Assembly (NCBI GenBank): GCA_964642735.1
Contig: CAZXSV010000011.1
Coordinates: 21,589 to 85,588 of the forward strand
Origin: an uncultured Acidobacteriota bacterium
Lineage (GTDB): Bacteria > Acidobacteriota > UBA6911
Direction: 5' to 3'
Length of the DNA: 64,000 nucleotides
Made by a program: the position numbers and the translations under genes. Each line of letters opens with the position of its first letter. Position 1 is the first letter of the stretch. Shown here piece after piece: positions 19,691 to 28,064 of the stretch. The notes under the pieces are model-generated. The model was not told where the DNA came from. It made no database searches and saw nothing but the letters and a program-made list of their open reading frames with translations.

Positions 19691-20537
19691 CGATGAATCC
19701 TTTGACTCTATCGAAAAGCTCCTGGAAGCTTTTCTTCCACTTCGGCATCCCTTCAACCAAAGGTATGCCGCGCGAATAAAACCGGGCGATCTCGGCGTCC
19801 AGCGGGATGGAAAGCAGGATTGGAATGCCCTCTTTCCGACAATACTCCTGCACTCCGGAGTCTCCGACTCCGGTGCGGTTCAGCGCCACTCCGAAGGGAA
19901 TATCAAGCTTCCTTGCCATTTCCACGGCGAGAGAAAGGTCATTAAGACCAAAGGGAGTCGGTTCGGTGACCAGCAGGCAGAAATCGCTTCCTTTCACGGC
20001 TTCCACCACGGGGCAGGAAGTCCCCGGCGGAACGTCTCTGATGACGACGCCTTCGCATCCCGCGTTTTCCTTCACCTTTCGGATAACGGGCGGGGCCATG
20101 GCTTCCCCCACATTCAGTGCGCCATGAATGAAACTTATGCCGTTTGAATCCCCCCATTCGACGATTCCTGTTTCCCTGTTTTCCTCCTCGATCGCCTTTT
20201 CCGGGCAAAGGAAGCTGCACGCGCCGCAGCCGTGACAAAGCTGGGGAAAAGTCAACACACGCTTCCCCATAACGATAATCGCATTATAAGCGCATGCTTC
20301 GGCGCACTTCCGGCATAGGGTGCACTTTTTCTCGTCGACTTTCGGAACCGGAATCCACACGGCGCTTCTTCCGGCTATTTCAGGATTAAGAAAAATGTGA
20401 TCGTTCGGCTCTTCGACGTCGCAGTCGACGAGCTGGACTTTATGGGAATCTTTCAAAGAGAGGGCGAGGCTGGTCGCCACCAGCGTCTTGCCGGTTCCTC
20501 CTTTGCCGCTGGCTACCGATATAATCATTTTGTTCAA
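19662..20537 (-). CDS. MinD/ParA-type P-loop ATPase with an inserted 2x[4Fe-4S] ferredoxin domain (paralog)
   Basis: VASGKGGTGKTL, plus CTLCRKCAEACAYNAI and CHGCGACSFLCPEKAI. Confidence 0.8.
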   Translation of the reverse strand: MNKMIISVASGKGGTGKTLVATSLALSLKDSHKVQLVDCDVEEPNDHIFLNPEIAGRSAVWIPVPKVDEKKCTLCRKCAEACAYNAIIVMGKRVLTFPQLCHGCGACSFLCPEKAIEEENRETGIVEWGDSNGISFIHGALNVGEAMAPPVIRKVKENAGCEGVVIRDVPPGTSCPVVEAVKGSDFCLLVTEPTPFGLNDLSLAVEMARKLDIPFGVALNRTGVGDSGVQEYCRKEGIPILLSIPLDAEIARFYSRGIPLVEGMPKWKKSFQELFDRVKGFIDERNCHTER

Positions 20538-20546
20538 CTTCCTTGT

Positions 20547-21107
20547 TCAATTATTTTTCCCCAACTCTTCGATCCGCCGTTGGATTTCCGCCAGCTGATC
20601 CGCCATCATCCGCGACTGATTCTTCAGCTCCTGGAGCTCCTGTTCACGGCCTGATGACTGGGTTGAGGGCTCTGCCGCGCCTTTGCCCCTGCCGCAGCCT
20701 TTTCCCGCCCCTCGATTCATTCCGCCGCCTGCGCCCGGCGATCCCCCCATGCCAAAATGATCCGGCGCGTTAGCCTGATCGCTCGCTTTGTATTTGCCCA
20801 ACCGATAGTTTTGCACGACGTCTTTCACCTTGCCTGAGACTCCGGTGATGATCCCGACGCCGGCGGCGGAAAGCGCCTGGTAAGCGTTGGGTCCGCAGTG
20901 GCCTGTCAATACCGCCTGCACGCCTTTATCGGCGATTGTCTGTGCGGCTGCAATCCCTGCGCCGCCGGCCGCCGAAGCCGCGGAGTTGTCCATTGCTTCG
21001 AACGCCATTGTCTCGGGATCGACAATAATAAAGTAAGGGCAACGGCCGAACCGTGGCTCGGCTTCGGCTTCCAGGCCGGGGCCCGCTGCTGAAATTGCAA
21101 TTTTCAT
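20547..21107 (-). CDS. NifX/NifB-C-terminal-like (dinitrogenase FeMo-cofactor-binding fold) domain fused to a Gly-rich linker and a DUF5320-like coiled coil
   Basis: N-terminus MKIAISAAG...RFGRCPYFIIVD...AVLTGHCGPNAYQAL, then GGSPGAGGGMNRGAGKGCGRGKG, then ELQELKNQSRMMADQLAEIQRRIEEL. Confidence 0.75.
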   Translation of the reverse strand: MKIAISAAGPGLEAEAEPRFGRCPYFIIVDPETMAFEAMDNSAASAAGGAGIAAAQTIADKGVQAVLTGHCGPNAYQALSAAGVGIITGVSGKVKDVVQNYRLGKYKASDQANAPDHFGMGGSPGAGGGMNRGAGKGCGRGKGAAEPSTQSSGREQELQELKNQSRMMADQLAEIQRRIEELGKNN

Positions 21108-21124
21108 ATCTCCTCCTCGTTTTT

Positions 21125-21859
21125 CTATTTATTATTCCTAACCATGGTGAGCCGACGAACTCCCCCGATCTGCCGGTAATTGGCGCCCTGGCTCACACAG
21201 CGGAGGGCCAGGTCCGCGTCAAAAACTTTCGTGCCCGATATGGCATCGATGCCGTAATCAAAAAGAACGGGCGACAGCGGCGCGCTGTCGCCGAGGATTA
21301 CAACATAGGCTTCAGGTCTGCACAAATCCAGCAGTTGTTCGATAGTATGGTTGGTAAAGGCCGTACCGGTAATTCCAACGACATCGGCCATTGGGATGCA
21401 ATCAACCGACGCGGATTCATCCAGGTCTCCTTCGGCCGGATTCTTCTCAATAACCCAGAGTTCCTTCACCGCTTCACGCAGCTCGGGGATGAAGGGAAAA
21501 TGCCCAACGATGGCCACATTCCGGCCCCTTCCCTTTTCGGCGATCAATTCGCGGGCATTGAGGTTTCGGCAGCGTTCTTCATCAATTTCGAGCAATGAAT
21601 TGATCGTCGCCATGCCAACGGCCGCTTCCAGAATGCTGTCGGAATAAGCCATTTCAACCAGCTCCGATGCGCTTTTAGCCAAAAGCTCGCCCGGCGTCCG
21701 GATAGACGGACGGCCCTGTTTTAAAACGTCGCGCGGCAGGGTGGAAGCCAAACCGCAATTGCGGGTCGCCACGCCCGTATGAAAGAGACCGACGCGTATG
21801 TCTCTTACATCCGCTTCAGTGTTCAAAGTCGAAAGCAAGTCTTCGAGAATTTTTTTCAC
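21125..21859 (-). CDS. DUF4213/DUF364 protein (putative metal-chelation fold), copy 1
   Basis: Contains IRVGLFHTGVATRNCGLASTL and a Rossmann-like VAIVGHFPF. Collinear with 43399..44145. Confidence 0.75.
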   Translation of the reverse strand: MKKILEDLLSTLNTEADVRDIRVGLFHTGVATRNCGLASTLPRDVLKQGRPSIRTPGELLAKSASELVEMAYSDSILEAAVGMATINSLLEIDEERCRNLNARELIAEKGRGRNVAIVGHFPFIPELREAVKELWVIEKNPAEGDLDESASVDCIPMADVVGITGTAFTNHTIEQLLDLCRPEAYVVILGDSAPLSPVLFDYGIDAISGTKVFDADLALRCVSQGANYRQIGGVRRLTMVRNNK

Positions 21860-22047
21860 AGCTTCATCCGCCTTCCGGTCGCAATATCTTGCTCAGCCTG
21901 AGAATCCCAAGCCTGTGGACTTGTAAAAGAGGCAAAGAAGCGCAGAATCCGAAATGTTCACAGGGCGCTTCATCGGCGCATCCGGAGAATACACTGCGTG
22001 GCTTTTGAATCCTCGCTGTTTTCCGTCTGCTGCACCTTAAGAGTCAA

Positions 22048-22062
22048 GCAATAATCTTTCCA
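22048..22062 (-). promoter_or_regulatory. Sigma-54 promoter candidate for the DUF364-NifX-MinD-permease-MBL operon
   Basis: The minus strand reads TGGAAAGATTATTGC with exact GG-N10-GC spacing. The -24 box is weaker (TGGAAA) and the site is about 190 nt upstream of the ATG at 21859. I saw no clear type-1 site beside it. Confidence 0.35.
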
Positions 22063-22140
22063 ATACTGTTCCGAAAATGCCGTACGGTTCGATGCGGGCA
22101 TTGCAAGGTACGCTTTGCTTGGGCGAACTGTTCATCAACA

Positions 22141-23517
22141 CTATCGCACGCGTTTCCTGCCGGCGCGGCCATCCCGTTCCGGCGGCTTGATTCCGAGTCT
22201 TTTCATCCGCCGAAATAAAGTTGTCTTGTGGATGCCCAGCTCCTTCGCCGCCGCAAGGCGATTGAATCCGGTTCGATCGAGAGTCGAACGAATGGCCTGT
22301 GCATCGAAAACGTCATGGACTGATCGAATGCCGGAATCGAACCGGCCGGCGGCGGCCAAGCCGGTCAACTCTTCAGGCAGGTGCGGGATATCGATAAATC
22401 CGTCCCTGCAAAGAACGAAAGCGCGCTCGATGACATTTTCCAGTTCCCGAATATTGCCTGGCCAATGATACGCCATCATAAGCGACAGAGCTTCTGGCGC
22501 GACCCCCTGGACATTCTTTCGCTGCAGGCGGTTGAAACGCGCAATGAACTGGTTTGCCAGAAGCGGAATGTCCTCTTTCCGCCGGCGCAACGGCGGAAGT
22601 TCGATGCGGACGACATGGACCCGGTAGTAAAGGTCCTCTCTGAAAAGACCCTTGCGGACCATTTCACGCAGGTCTTTGTTGGTGGCGGCAATGACGCGGG
22701 CATCGGCGGCGACGGATCGATCGGCGCCAAGCGGTTCATAGGCGCGCTCCTCGAGCACGCGCAGCAGCTTGACCTGGAGAGCCGGAACGACTTCAGCGAT
22801 TTCGTCGAGGAAAATGGTCCCCCCGCCGGCCAAGGCAAAACGTCCCGGCTTGTCCCGGTTTGCTCCCGTAAACGCTCCGGCCTTATAGCCGAACAGTTCA
22901 GACTCCAGAAGCGTTTCCGGCAAAGCGCCGCAATTGACAGCTATGAATGGCCCATGGCGCCGGGGGCTTAGAGAATGAACGGTTCTAGCCGCCACCTCTT
23001 TTCCGGTTCCCGTCTCCCCCAGGATCAAAACCGTGCTCAGGCTGGACGCAATTGCGGGAAGGACTTCAAACACCCGCTGCATCAAAGGACTCCTGCTGAC
23101 AAGATCGCCGGCGTGGAATTTCCCCTCGAGTTCACGACGCAGCGCCTCCAGTTCGGAAAGGTCTCTGAAAGTCTCGGCGCCGCCGACCACACGTCCGCTG
23201 CCATCCCTTAACACCGCCGTGGAAATGCTTACCGGTATGCGGGTCCCTTCGGAGTTGATTATGAACGCTGATTTTCCAATGATGGGTTTCCCCGTTTCCA
23301 GGGTCTTGGCAAGAGCGCACGCGTCCCCGCACATGCTGCAGCGGAACACTTCCGAACATCGCTGTCCAACGGCTTCTTTTCTGGAAACGCCTGTGATTTC
23401 CTCGGCCGCACGGTTAAAAGAGGCAATGCGCCATTGCCCGTCTACGGTGAAAACGCCATCGGAAATGCTCTCCAAAATGGCTTCAGTCTGGAATCGTTTT
23501 CTCGGATTCTTTTTCAC
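22141..23517 (-). CDS. Sigma-54-dependent transcriptional activator, PAS - AAA+ - Fis-HTH (EBP1)
   Basis: GETGTGKEVAARTVH Walker A, GAFTGA loop, C-terminal AAKELGIHKTTLFRRMKRLGI, and an N-terminal PAS domain (ISDGVFTVDGQWRIASFNRAAEEITG). Confidence 0.9.
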   Translation of the reverse strand: MKKNPRKRFQTEAILESISDGVFTVDGQWRIASFNRAAEEITGVSRKEAVGQRCSEVFRCSMCGDACALAKTLETGKPIIGKSAFIINSEGTRIPVSISTAVLRDGSGRVVGGAETFRDLSELEALRRELEGKFHAGDLVSRSPLMQRVFEVLPAIASSLSTVLILGETGTGKEVAARTVHSLSPRRHGPFIAVNCGALPETLLESELFGYKAGAFTGANRDKPGRFALAGGGTIFLDEIAEVVPALQVKLLRVLEERAYEPLGADRSVAADARVIAATNKDLREMVRKGLFREDLYYRVHVVRIELPPLRRRKEDIPLLANQFIARFNRLQRKNVQGVAPEALSLMMAYHWPGNIRELENVIERAFVLCRDGFIDIPHLPEELTGLAAAGRFDSGIRSVHDVFDAQAIRSTLDRTGFNRLAAAKELGIHKTTLFRRMKRLGIKPPERDGRAGRKRVR

Positions 23518-23636
23518 AGCGCGCCCCTGCCCCGCTTTCTTTCATGCAGACGCCGTGCCACAGACGGGATGTTTTTGCACAAAGCGCTTCCTGCCGGCCT
23601 ATCGGCGCCGCCGCCGGAAAACATGGATACGATACA

Positions 23637-23680
23637 TTGCACAATGCAAAAATAACATTTTCACTTAATGCATTTTGCAA
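23637..23680. promoter_or_regulatory. Pair of type-1 palindromes (TTGCACAATGCAA and ATGCATTTTGCAA), 31 bp centre to centre
   Basis: Sites at 23637-23649 and 23668-23680, in the divergent EBP1/mrp intergenic region. They lie 140-171 bp upstream of the -24 element at 23813. Confidence 0.5.
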
Positions 23681-23812
23681 CAATATCATCGGCCGAGTGG
23701 AATAAACGGGAGGCGCCGCGGAAACAAAACCTTCGGCGGAATCCTGTGCGCGGAAGCGGGCGCCTGAGTTAAAAGCGAACCCTGGAGATCCCGATCGAAA
23801 TTTCTTTCGCCT

Positions 23813-23827
23813 TGGCACGATCATTGC
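23813..23827 (+). promoter_or_regulatory. Sigma-54 promoter candidate for the mrp-nifX-like-fmdB-like-radical SAM operon
   Basis: TGGCACGATCATTGC is a consensus -24 TGGCACG and -12 TTGC with exact spacing. It lies 66 nt upstream of the ATG at 23893. Confidence 0.7.
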
Positions 23828-23892
23828 CTGCATTAAACCTGTCAAGAGCGCAAAGGCCCGAAAACACGGAGCAACCCCTGTGAGAGTGAGCT

Positions 23893-24972
23893 ATGGCAAC
23901 CGAATCTGAAGTGAGAAAGGCGTTGGAGCAGGTTCAGGACCCTGAACTCGGCAGGAGCATTGTCGATCTCGGGATGGTGCGCAACCTGCAAGTTGAGGAA
24001 GGCATCGTGGCTTTCACGCTGGCGCTGACCAGCCTGTCGTGTCCGTTTAAGGATCGCATGGTTGAAAGTGCAAAAAAAGCGGTGCAAGCGTTGGATGGGG
24101 TCCGGGACGTCGACGTCTTCCTGGAACAAATGACGCCTACGGAAAAAGGCTCTTTGAACAAAAAGGATGCGCCCAAGAGCATTGTGGAAAAGCTGAACGA
24201 CGTCAAACACGTCATCGCCGTTATGAGCGGGAAGGGCGGAGTCGGGAAATCCCTGGTCACGGGCCTTCTGGCGGCCAGCTTTCGCCGCATGGGTCATAAA
24301 GTGGGAGTGCTCGACGCCGACATTACCGGCCCCAGCATTCCCAAGATGTTTTTTAAAAATGGCGCGCGCCCCGGAACCAGCCCTATGGCACTGTTGCCGC
24401 CGAAGACGCAGACGGGCATATCCGTAATGTCGATAAACCTTCTGCTTGAGAGCGAAGACCAGGCGGTGATCTGGCGCGGCCCACTAGTCAGCAACGCCAT
24501 AAAGCAGTTCTGGACCGAGGTTTTATGGGGGGAATTGGACTACCTGCTGGTCGACCTGCCTCCCGGCACCTCAGACGCCTCTCTGACGGTGCTTCAATCT
24601 CTGCCGATGAGCGGAGTCGTTTTGGTTACGTCGCCGCAGAATCTCGCAGGAATGGTTGTACGCAAAGCGGCGAACATGGTTCGGGACATCGGAATCCCGA
24701 TCCTTGGCTTGCTGGAAAACATGAGCTATTTCGTCTGCCCCGACACCGGCGCCCATCACGAGATTTTCGGAAAGAGCGAGCCTGAGCTCATGGCCTCTCA
24801 ACTCGGGATCCCGCTGCTCGGATGTCTGCCGATCGATCCAGCGATCGCGGCGCTATGCGACCGGGGAGAGATTGAAAATTATCCGGGAGATTTGTTCACA
24901 CCGATCGCCCGTCAAATTGCAAAACTCGCGCCGGCGGCAAGCGCTCCTAAAATGCCGCCGCAGGAATCCTAA
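23893..24972 (+). CDS. apbC: Mrp/NBP35/ApbC-family Fe-S cluster carrier ATPase with an N-terminal DUF59-like domain
   Basis: VMSGKGGVGKS deviant Walker A, LDYLLVDLPPGTSD, NMSYFVCPDTG (CxxC-type carrier motif region), and N-terminal VQDPELGRSIVDLGMV. Confidence 0.85.
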   Translation: MATESEVRKALEQVQDPELGRSIVDLGMVRNLQVEEGIVAFTLALTSLSCPFKDRMVESAKKAVQALDGVRDVDVFLEQMTPTEKGSLNKKDAPKSIVEKLNDVKHVIAVMSGKGGVGKSLVTGLLAASFRRMGHKVGVLDADITGPSIPKMFFKNGARPGTSPMALLPPKTQTGISVMSINLLLESEDQAVIWRGPLVSNAIKQFWTEVLWGELDYLLVDLPPGTSDASLTVLQSLPMSGVVLVTSPQNLAGMVVRKAANMVRDIGIPILGLLENMSYFVCPDTGAHHEIFGKSEPELMASQLGIPLLGCLPIDPAIAALCDRGEIENYPGDLFTPIARQIAKLAPAASAPKMPPQES

Positions 24973-25028
24973 CAAGTTTCGTGCGAGCCAAATCACAAAG
25001 TGGCGCGCCATTTGCACCAGGGTGTTCT

Positions 25029-25415
25029 ATGAGAGTTGCAATTCCATTGTGGCAAGGACGCGTTTCGCCGGTTTTCGACGAGGCGCGCAGGATTCTTCTT
25101 GTAGACATTTTCGAAAAACAGGAAAAAAGCCGGCAGGAGGAGTCTCTGACGGCACGAAATCCATTCGAACGGGCGCAGCTGCTTCCGGAGCTCGGAGTCG
25201 ACCTTCTGATCTGCGGGATGATATCTCAAACTCAGCAGACCGCGCTTGCTTCCGCCGGGATCCGGATAATCCCGCACATCTGCGGTCCGATGGAGGATGT
25301 GATTGCCGCATTTCTTGACGGCCGGATTGAAAACGGAGCGCTGCTAATGCCAGGATGCAGCGGCCGAAAGCGCTCGCGCCGCAGAATCGCCGGATCATGC
25401 CGGAAAGAGGTCTAA
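25029..25415 (+). CDS. NifX/NifB-C-terminal-like cofactor-binding-fold protein
   Basis: MRVAIPLWQGRVSPVFDEARRILLVD...LLICGMISQ...ASAGIRIIP. I prefer the ATG at 25029. Confidence 0.75.
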   Translation: MRVAIPLWQGRVSPVFDEARRILLVDIFEKQEKSRQEESLTARNPFERAQLLPELGVDLLICGMISQTQQTALASAGIRIIPHICGPMEDVIAAFLDGRIENGALLMPGCSGRKRSRRRIAGSCRKEV

Positions 25416-25472
25416 CCCGCATTGCTCGTGAAACTTCGTAGCGAGCCATGCGGGCTGATTGATGGGGGAACG

Positions 25473-25733
25473 ATGATCACCTATGAGTATCAGTGTGAAG
25501 CTTGCGGACGCCAATTTGAGTTCCGGCAGGCCATTACGGAAGAGCTTATCGACACCTGCCCGGAATGCCAGGGAAAGCTGAGCCTTTTGGTCAGCGGAGG
25601 ATCAGGTTTCGTGGTCAAGGGAGGCGGCCATGAAGTTCGCGGAAGAAGCAAAGACGGCTGCTCGTTTGAATCGACGGGAAGGACCTGCTGCGGCCAACAG
25701 CAGCGTTGCGGGAAGCCCGCATGCGAGACCTAG
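25473..25733 (+). CDS. FmdB-family zinc-ribbon protein with a Cys-rich tail
   Basis: YEYQCEACGRQFE...CPECQG zinc ribbon with tail CSFESTGRTCCGQQQRCGKPACET. The ATG at 25473 follows GGGGGAA. Confidence 0.75.
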   Translation: MITYEYQCEACGRQFEFRQAITEELIDTCPECQGKLSLLVSGGSGFVVKGGGHEVRGRSKDGCSFESTGRTCCGQQQRCGKPACET

Positions 25734-25735
25734 CC

Positions 25736-26701
25736 ATGAAGGAATCGCGCTTGAAACATATCTACGGCCCGGTCCCTTCACGGCGTCTGGGGCGATCCCT
25801 GGGAATCGATCTGGTCCCTTTTAAAACCTGCACCTACGACTGCGTTTATTGCAACCTGGGAAAAACAACCAGCAAAACAATTGAGCGAAAGCAATATACG
25901 GCGGCATCGGAAGTTCTTGAAGAACTGGAACAAAAACTGGCTTGCCCGGAGGCTTTGGACTATATCAGCCTTGCAGGCTCCGGCGAACCGACCTTGAATA
26001 GCGGCATCGGAAATTTAATCCTCGAAATCAAAAGAAGGACCGATATTCCGGTGGCGGTATTGACCAACGGATCTCTTCTATGGATGAGCGCCGTTCAGGA
26101 CGCCTTGATGGAAGCAGACCTCGTGCTACCCTCCTTGGACGCAGGCGACGAACTGCTTTTTGACTACGTCAACCGCCCTCACAGGGACATCGCCTTCGAA
26201 AGGATGGTGGACGGCCTTGCCGCTTTCACCGATCGATACAGGGGAGAGGTTTGGGTGGAAATTCTCCTGCTGGCGGGCGTTACAGGAATTCCGGACGAAG
26301 TTGAAAAAATCGCATCCATTCTCAAGCATATCCGATTGACGAAAGTCCAGATGAACACCGTGGTTCGACCTCCGGCAGAGGAGTATGCCAAGCCCTTATC
26401 TCAAAAGCAGATGCTTGCTTTGAAGGGTCTTTTCCAGGGCAGGGTTGACATCATCAGCGATATAGACGCGGCGGATTGGGAAAGGCGGCTGCCCCCCGAA
26501 TCCATGCAGGGCGACCTGCTTTCATTGCTATCAAGGAGGCCATGCACGAGCGAAGATGTCGCGCACGGCCTGGGATTGCACGCCAATGAAGCGCTTAAAT
26601 ATTTGAATGCATTCGTCGTCGCGGGAAATGTGGCGACGGTGCGGATGGGCGATAAAGTTTTTTACACCGTTAAAAGACCGGAAAATAATTTGAGGCCTTG
26701 A
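25736..26701 (+). CDS. Radical SAM protein
   Basis: CTYDCVYCNLG (CxxxCxxC), preceded by the conserved YGPVPSRRLGRSLGID. The ATG at 25736 is 2 nt after the fmdB-like stop. Confidence 0.85.
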   Translation: MKESRLKHIYGPVPSRRLGRSLGIDLVPFKTCTYDCVYCNLGKTTSKTIERKQYTAASEVLEELEQKLACPEALDYISLAGSGEPTLNSGIGNLILEIKRRTDIPVAVLTNGSLLWMSAVQDALMEADLVLPSLDAGDELLFDYVNRPHRDIAFERMVDGLAAFTDRYRGEVWVEILLLAGVTGIPDEVEKIASILKHIRLTKVQMNTVVRPPAEEYAKPLSQKQMLALKGLFQGRVDIISDIDAADWERRLPPESMQGDLLSLLSRRPCTSEDVAHGLGLHANEALKYLNAFVVAGNVATVRMGDKVFYTVKRPENNLRP

Positions 26702-26702
26702 T

Positions 26703-26795
26703 ATGAGCGCTATGCTGGCGATCGTGTTTCTCCTGATTTGCTTTGCCGCGCAGGCGGCGTTCTCCAAATCGAAACACTCCGCAAAACGCAAATAA
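26703..26795 (+). CDS. Possible 30-aa hydrophobic micro-ORF coupled to the radical SAM gene
   Basis: The ATG lies 1 nt after the radical SAM stop (TGATATG), with GAGG 7 nt upstream. It encodes MSAMLAIVFLLICFAAQAAFSKSKHSAKRK, one TM-like segment plus a basic tail. It is below the ORF-track size cut-off and has no homology support. Confidence 0.25.
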   Translation: MSAMLAIVFLLICFAAQAAFSKSKHSAKRK

Positions 26796-27048
26796 GCGTC
26801 CTGAGGCAAAGCCGGAGTCTTAACGGGTTTCCCGCAAATGCCATAAGGAAGCGCCTTCCGCCGTGTGTTGCAGGTCTTCTTGATTGAAAATAAGACTCGG
26901 GCATAAAACATTCTCCAGTATTTTCAGGACTGCCGCGCTCCCCGGCGGAGCCGAAAAATTTATCCTGCCCGTTTCCGGATATGGCCTTAAATTCTCAAAG
27001 CCTTCCGTTTATAATGGCGAAAAAACATCAGACAAGAGGTTTGGAATT

Positions 27049-27837
27049 ATGTATAACTTTTCAGAAGTGGAAGTATCGCGGGCAATTCTGGAAGCCTATG
27101 GCGCCAAATTCGGCAAAGCCCTGCAGAGCGATGTTGTGCTGGTCGGAGCAGGGCCTTCCGGCCTGGTGGCGGCCTGGCGTCTTGCTCAGGCGAATTACAG
27201 CGTTGTCATACTCGAAAAGCGTCTCAGCCCCGGAGGCGGCGTCTGGGGCGGCAGCCTCGGAATGAATGAGGTCGTCGTCCAGCAGGAGGCCTTAAGCATC
27301 CTCGAGGAGGCAGGGGTGCGATTCCAGCCGAGCGGGCGTTTGTTTAACGCCGATGCGATGGAACTGGCGTCGGCCCTGTGCGTGAAGGCTTTGCACGCCG
27401 GCGCAATCATGCTCAATCTCATGACCGCCGAGGATCTTTGCGTTCGCGGCGAACGGGTGACGGGAGTCGTCGCCAACAGATCGCTGCTGGGCGAGAATCT
27501 GCCCATCGACCCCATTGCTTTCTCGACGAAGGCCGTGATTGACGCGACAGGGCATGAAGCCGTCCTTGCCAACTGCCTGCAGCGGCGCGGACTGCTCCCC
27601 AACAATCAAGCCCGGCTTCCCGGCGAAGGCCCGATGGACGCTTCTTCCGGAGAAAAATTCGTCGAGGATTCGGTGACCGAAATATTTCCGGGCTTATGGG
27701 TGGCCGGGATGAGCATCTGCGCGTCCATAGGCGGGCCGAGAATGGGGCCGATCTTCGGCGGCATGCTTCTGTCGGGCAACAGGGCGGCCCGGTTGGTGGC
27801 TTCCTCTGTCGGGAAGAATCCAGGCTCCGGCGAATAA
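27049..27837 (+). CDS. thi4: Thi4-type thiazole synthase (Cys-less, sulfide-dependent type)
   Basis: VVLVGAGPSGLVAAWRL FAD motif and VIDATGHEA (the archaeal DATGHDA-type motif, with no catalytic Cys). I prefer the ATG at 27049. Confidence 0.85.
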   Translation: MYNFSEVEVSRAILEAYGAKFGKALQSDVVLVGAGPSGLVAAWRLAQANYSVVILEKRLSPGGGVWGGSLGMNEVVVQQEALSILEEAGVRFQPSGRLFNADAMELASALCVKALHAGAIMLNLMTAEDLCVRGERVTGVVANRSLLGENLPIDPIAFSTKAVIDATGHEAVLANCLQRRGLLPNNQARLPGEGPMDASSGEKFVEDSVTEIFPGLWVAGMSICASIGGPRMGPIFGGMLLSGNRAARLVASSVGKNPGSGE

Positions 27838-28064
27838 TCGTCCACAAAACCGGGAGTTTAACTATACGGGACGAAAAGCATCGGCCCGCCTTGCAGAGCG
27901 CCGATACGCCAGGAACCGATCGCGGCGAATGAGCAAAGGCGCCACGGTTGATTCGGGAGCAATGTTGGGAAGCATCCGCGACGGTATTTTTTTGCAGCCA
28001 CTGTCCCGAACATCCCGATAAATAGCAGGATTCTGTTGCATTTAAAACAAAGAAAGGAGTTGTC

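Noticed and set aside
26702-27048. Looked for a TPP (THI-box) riboswitch upstream of thi4
   Set aside because: There is no CTGAGA ... ACCTGA ... GGATAATGCCAGCG-type arrangement on the coding strand. Only vague fragments are present (CTGAGG, AATGCCATAAGGAA), and they are in the wrong context.
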